Below, piece after piece: positions 61,063 to 64,000 of a stretch of 64,000 bases of DNA. The translations under genes and the position numbers were made by a program. The notes beneath the pieces were generated by a model, which made no database searches, was not told the origin of the DNA, and saw nothing but the letters and a program-made list of their open reading frames with translations. The DNA is from Candidatus Bathyarchaeota archaeon (GTDB taxonomy: Archaea > Thermoproteota > Bathyarchaeia > Bathyarchaeales > Bathycorpusculaceae), in contig CAVTZU010000015.1 in the NCBI GenBank assembly GCA_963739305.1, forward strand, positions 32,001 through 96,000, in the 5' to 3' direction. Position 1 is the stretch's first letter. The number at the start of each line of letters is the position of its first letter.

Positions 61063-62214
61063 ACGGGTTCATCACAGACGTTTACTATAAAGTATGTTAT
61101 AGACGCGAAGTTCGAAATAGAAGGAGTAGTTGAAAAACCCGACGTGATAGGAGCTGTTTTCGGGCAGACGGAGGGTCTTTTTGGACCGGAGCTGGACCTT
61201 CGAGAACTGCAGAAATCAGGAAGAATAGGCAGAATCGAGATAGACCTACATTCTAAACAAGACAAAACCACAGGCACAATAACGATTCCGACCAGTTTGG
61301 ACAGGGTCTCCACGGCATTAATTGCCTCAAGCATTGAAAGCATAAACAGGGTCGGACCTTGCGCTTCAAAAGTGACGCTTGAAAAAATCGAAGACGTCAG
61401 AGAAGCTCGAAGAAAAATCATCATTGACAGAGCCAAGGAGATTCTCCATAAATGGACAATTGAAACAATGCCATCAGTAGACGAAGTATTCAAAGAAGTT
61501 TCAGACACGCTGAAGATTGGCAAAGTCGAAAAATACGGGCCTGAAGAACTGCCTGCCGGTCCAGAACTCATGAGTGCGAAAGAAATAATCGTTGTCGAGG
61601 GCAGAGCAGACATCATTAACCTGATGCGATGCGGACTGTTAAACACCGTGGCGCTAGAAGGTGCTAAAGTTCCAGAAGCAATCAAGAAACTCTGCAAAGA
61701 GAAGGAAGCAACAGCATTTCTCGACGGCGACCGTGGCGGAGACCTAATTCTGAAAGAACTTCAACAAGTAACAGACGTGAAATTCATTGCAAGAGCCCCA
61801 AGGGGCAAAGAAGTTGAAGAGCTAAACTGCAAGGAAATCTTCGCCGCGATTGAAGCCAAGGTTCCCTTGTTTGAACAGCAACAGCCAGCGGTCAGACTGC
61901 CTAGGAGAGAGAAGCAGAAAGTTGAGTTGCCCAAGGAGATCGCTGACGTAATAAAGGGACTTGACGGCACTCTGGAAGCAGTACTAATGAACGATAAACT
62001 TGAGACGTTGGAACGGTTGCCTGTCAGTCAGCTCGCCGAGAAACTCCAGCAGACCGAAGGTGTGGACACGGTAATATTTGACGGTATAATAACGCAGAGA
62101 ATAGTTGACATAGCGACCGAAAAGAACATAAAAAGGATAATTGCCCCACGTCTCTCAGACGCCGTCAAACCATCGTTGACCGTTCAGCTCATGACTTTCC
62201 CAGAAGCTACATAG
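61063..62214 (+). CDS. dnaG: Archaeal DnaG (primase-like, exosome-associated); non-canonical start inferred
   Basis: KYVI...GVVEKPDVIGAVFGQTEGL, VEGRAD, DGDRGG, FDGIITQR. Confidence 0.95.
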   Translation, partial: TGSSQTFTIKYVIDAKFEIEGVVEKPDVIGAVFGQTEGLFGPELDLRELQKSGRIGRIEIDLHSKQDKTTGTITIPTSLDRVSTALIASSIESINRVGPCASKVTLEKIEDVREARRKIIIDRAKEILHKWTIETMPSVDEVFKEVSDTLKIGKVEKYGPEELPAGPELMSAKEIIVVEGRADIINLMRCGLLNTVALEGAKVPEAIKKLCKEKEATAFLDGDRGGDLILKELQQVTDVKFIARAPRGKEVEELNCKEIFAAIEAKVPLFEQQQPAVRLPRREKQKVELPKEIADVIKGLDGTLEAVLMNDKLETLERLPVSQLAEKLQQTEGVDTVIFDGIITQRIVDIATEKNIKRIIAPRLSDAVKPSLTVQLMTFPEAT

Positions 62215-62216
62215 CC

Positions 62217-64000
62217 TCAGCCTCCGAAGAAGTCCGTGATTTTCCGAGTTTCCTTCGCGCCCACTTCTTTCTGAAGGAGTTGGTCTTCCGTCACGCCAAA
62301 GCTCTCAAGAATTCTCGCCGCTGCAGGCACGACTTGCTTTGACACATAATACTCCAAATCTATCTCGTCGTAAGTGGCGAGCACGTAAGGCTTCACGCGT
62401 TCGTAAAGGCGACCTTTGCCAACGACTACCACGAAACCGATTTTGTCGCCTACAGAAAGTGTCCACCCCTTTGCTCTCAGCATTTTCGCGGCCTCCACAT
62501 GGGAAGCCTTGACCGCATAATCTTCAGCCGGTTTGGTCAACGTCTTCCATATAACCAAGTCTCGGTAGGGAACGCGCCTCTGTCTAAGCTCGTAAATAAA
62601 TCGCTGCACGAAGTCAGCAGCCTTCTTCGGAGACTGCTCCTTCAGGATAATCTCCAATACTCTTTCTTGAACTTGCTTGGCAATCGTCGCCCAATCACCA
62701 CGCACAACCTCCAGGCCCACGATATCCAGTCGACCGTCGGGCAACAGGCCAGCGTAACGTTTCTTGGCTTCTGTGAAAAAAATCCGCACATAGACCTCGT
62801 CGGGCTTGACTTCTAAACCAATCATTTTCATTATTTCGTCTGACAACTTTTCTATCTTCACCGCCTGATTCTCTACGAAGATGCTGTCAGTATCACCGTA
62901 GACAACTTTCAACTTTGCTTTCTTGGCAAGCTCAATGGCAGTCAAAATCGTATGCCTGCCCCATGCTGCTGCGGCTTCGGCGACGGGTTTGACGTACCAT
63001 CTTGCGCCCGTCCAACCGGCATAGCCATAGGATGCGTTAGTGATTATCTTCACAGCCTTCTGGCGCGCGTCCAGCACGCGGTATTCAGCGCTTTCTGGCT
63101 TGAGTTTGCTCATTCTAGGACGTATTTGGTCTCGCACCTGGATTAGATAAGAAAGAACTTCCTTGTAGAAACCAGGCGGTTCCTTCCTGAACTTGTGTTT
63201 TACTTCGGGAGCCTCGAAGAATCCTTCAGGCGGGATTGGATCTTCGGGTGACACGTAGGTGTCAGGCGAAAGATTGTAGATGATCATCAAGTTTGGGTAC
63301 ATGGACTTGAAGTCTAGAACGGCAATGTTATCGTGCAATCCAGGCGTTGGTTTGAGGACGAGGCCGCCCGAGTAAGGCCTGTAGGGTTGTTCGATTCTCT
63401 TAGGCACGAGTTCGCCTATCGAGTGCGTGCGTTTTATGAGAAACCATTCTACGCGGAAGCCGGCAGCTGCAGTTCCGACATGATCAAGCGGCAAGCTCAC
63501 TAAGCTAGACAGTTGAATTGCGAAATTCAATATAGCTTCAGTTATACCCATGACACACACGGTGTTATCCATCGAGAACTCTTTGAGCAAACCACGTTTT
63601 TCTTCGTTGTCCCAATAGTCTGGAAAATCCATGTCCTCAATAGTCCGTCGCTTTTCGATTTTCATCACATCCAGATAGTCTGCGAGGTTGGCAAGGGTCT
63701 TGACTTTGACTTCAGGAAATTCCTCTACGTAATCAGCGAGGTCCAACCCTGCCCTTCCGGAAATGGATACGTGACCGTAAACGCTGGTGTGAGGTTCAGT
63801 AGGCGTTCTGTCGACGTTTAATTTTAATCGGTGGTGTTTGCATCTTTCTCTAAGGTAACTCCAATCCTGCGTGTTGTTGCCATAGCTTACGATTATGTCT
63901 GGATCGCAAGTCTGAACGTATTCCGTGAAATCTGCCAGAACGGACTTGTCATTCTTGTCTTCTCCCGCCACAAACTGCCTGTGTTCACCATTGTTGGTCG
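62217..64000 (-). CDS. polB: Family B DNA polymerase (5' end outside the window)
   Basis: DFKSMYP, KIITNASYGY, YGDTDS, KKRYAG. Confidence 0.95.
   Translation of the reverse strand, partial: TNNGEHRQFVAGEDKNDKSVLADFTEYVQTCDPDIIVSYGNNTQDWSYLRERCKHHRLKLNVDRTPTEPHTSVYGHVSISGRAGLDLADYVEEFPEVKVKTLANLADYLDVMKIEKRRTIEDMDFPDYWDNEEKRGLLKEFSMDNTVCVMGITEAILNFAIQLSSLVSLPLDHVGTAAAGFRVEWFLIKRTHSIGELVPKRIEQPYRPYSGGLVLKPTPGLHDNIAVLDFKSMYPNLMIIYNLSPDTYVSPEDPIPPEGFFEAPEVKHKFRKEPPGFYKEVLSYLIQVRDQIRPRMSKLKPESAEYRVLDARQKAVKIITNASYGYAGWTGARWYVKPVAEAAAAWGRHTILTAIELAKKAKLKVVYGDTDSIFVENQAVKIEKLSDEIMKMIGLEVKPDEVYVRIFFTEAKKRYAGLLPDGRLDIVGLEVVRGDWATIAKQVQERVLEIILKEQSPKKAADFVQRFIYELRQRRVPYRDLVIWKTLTKPAEDYAVKASHVEAAKMLRAKGWTLSVGDKIGFVVVVGKGRLYERVKPYVLATYDEIDLEYYVSKQVVPAAARILESFGVTEDQLLQKEVGAKETRKITDFFGG

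Noticed and set aside
1-64000. CRISPR array, integron attC array, transposase or integrase
   Set aside because: I recognised no regularly spaced repeat-spacer units, attC-like elements or recombinase/transposase motifs.

Overview
Archaeal chromosomal window, most consistent with Bathyarchaeia (TACK). The assignment is inferred from gene content: DUF1512-map-trpS, archaeal dnaG/toprim/PolB, dockerin- and PEF-CTERM-tagged surface proteins, and a multi-intron tRNA. Core genes are grpE-dnaK-dnaJ, map, trpS, pheS/pheT, tyrS, dnaG, polB, 5S rRNA and tRNA-Trp. They are interleaved with anaerobic redox genes (RACo-type activator, rubrerythrin, AOR, DsrE, flavodoxin), transporters and accessory genes. 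Highlights: (1) a three-intron tRNA-Trp plus a second, 5'-truncated tRNA-Trp with a different intron set bound a ~5.3 kb integrase-free island; (2) inside it, a direct-repeat-flanked two-gene cassette encodes a ParB/Srx-ASCH fusion (hidden by a frameshift) and a dual-OB-like protein, the best candidate for an undescribed system; (3) a second island is bounded by a diverged 152-bp duplicate of a flavodoxin 3' end; (4) (GC)n tracts recur in intergenic DNA; (5) dnaG and vapC appear to need ACG starts; (6) a candidate structured sRNA lies at ~53.5 kb. Several single-base frameshifts, including one in dnaK, suggest indel errors in the assembly. All calls come from reading the sequence by eye; no database searches were run.
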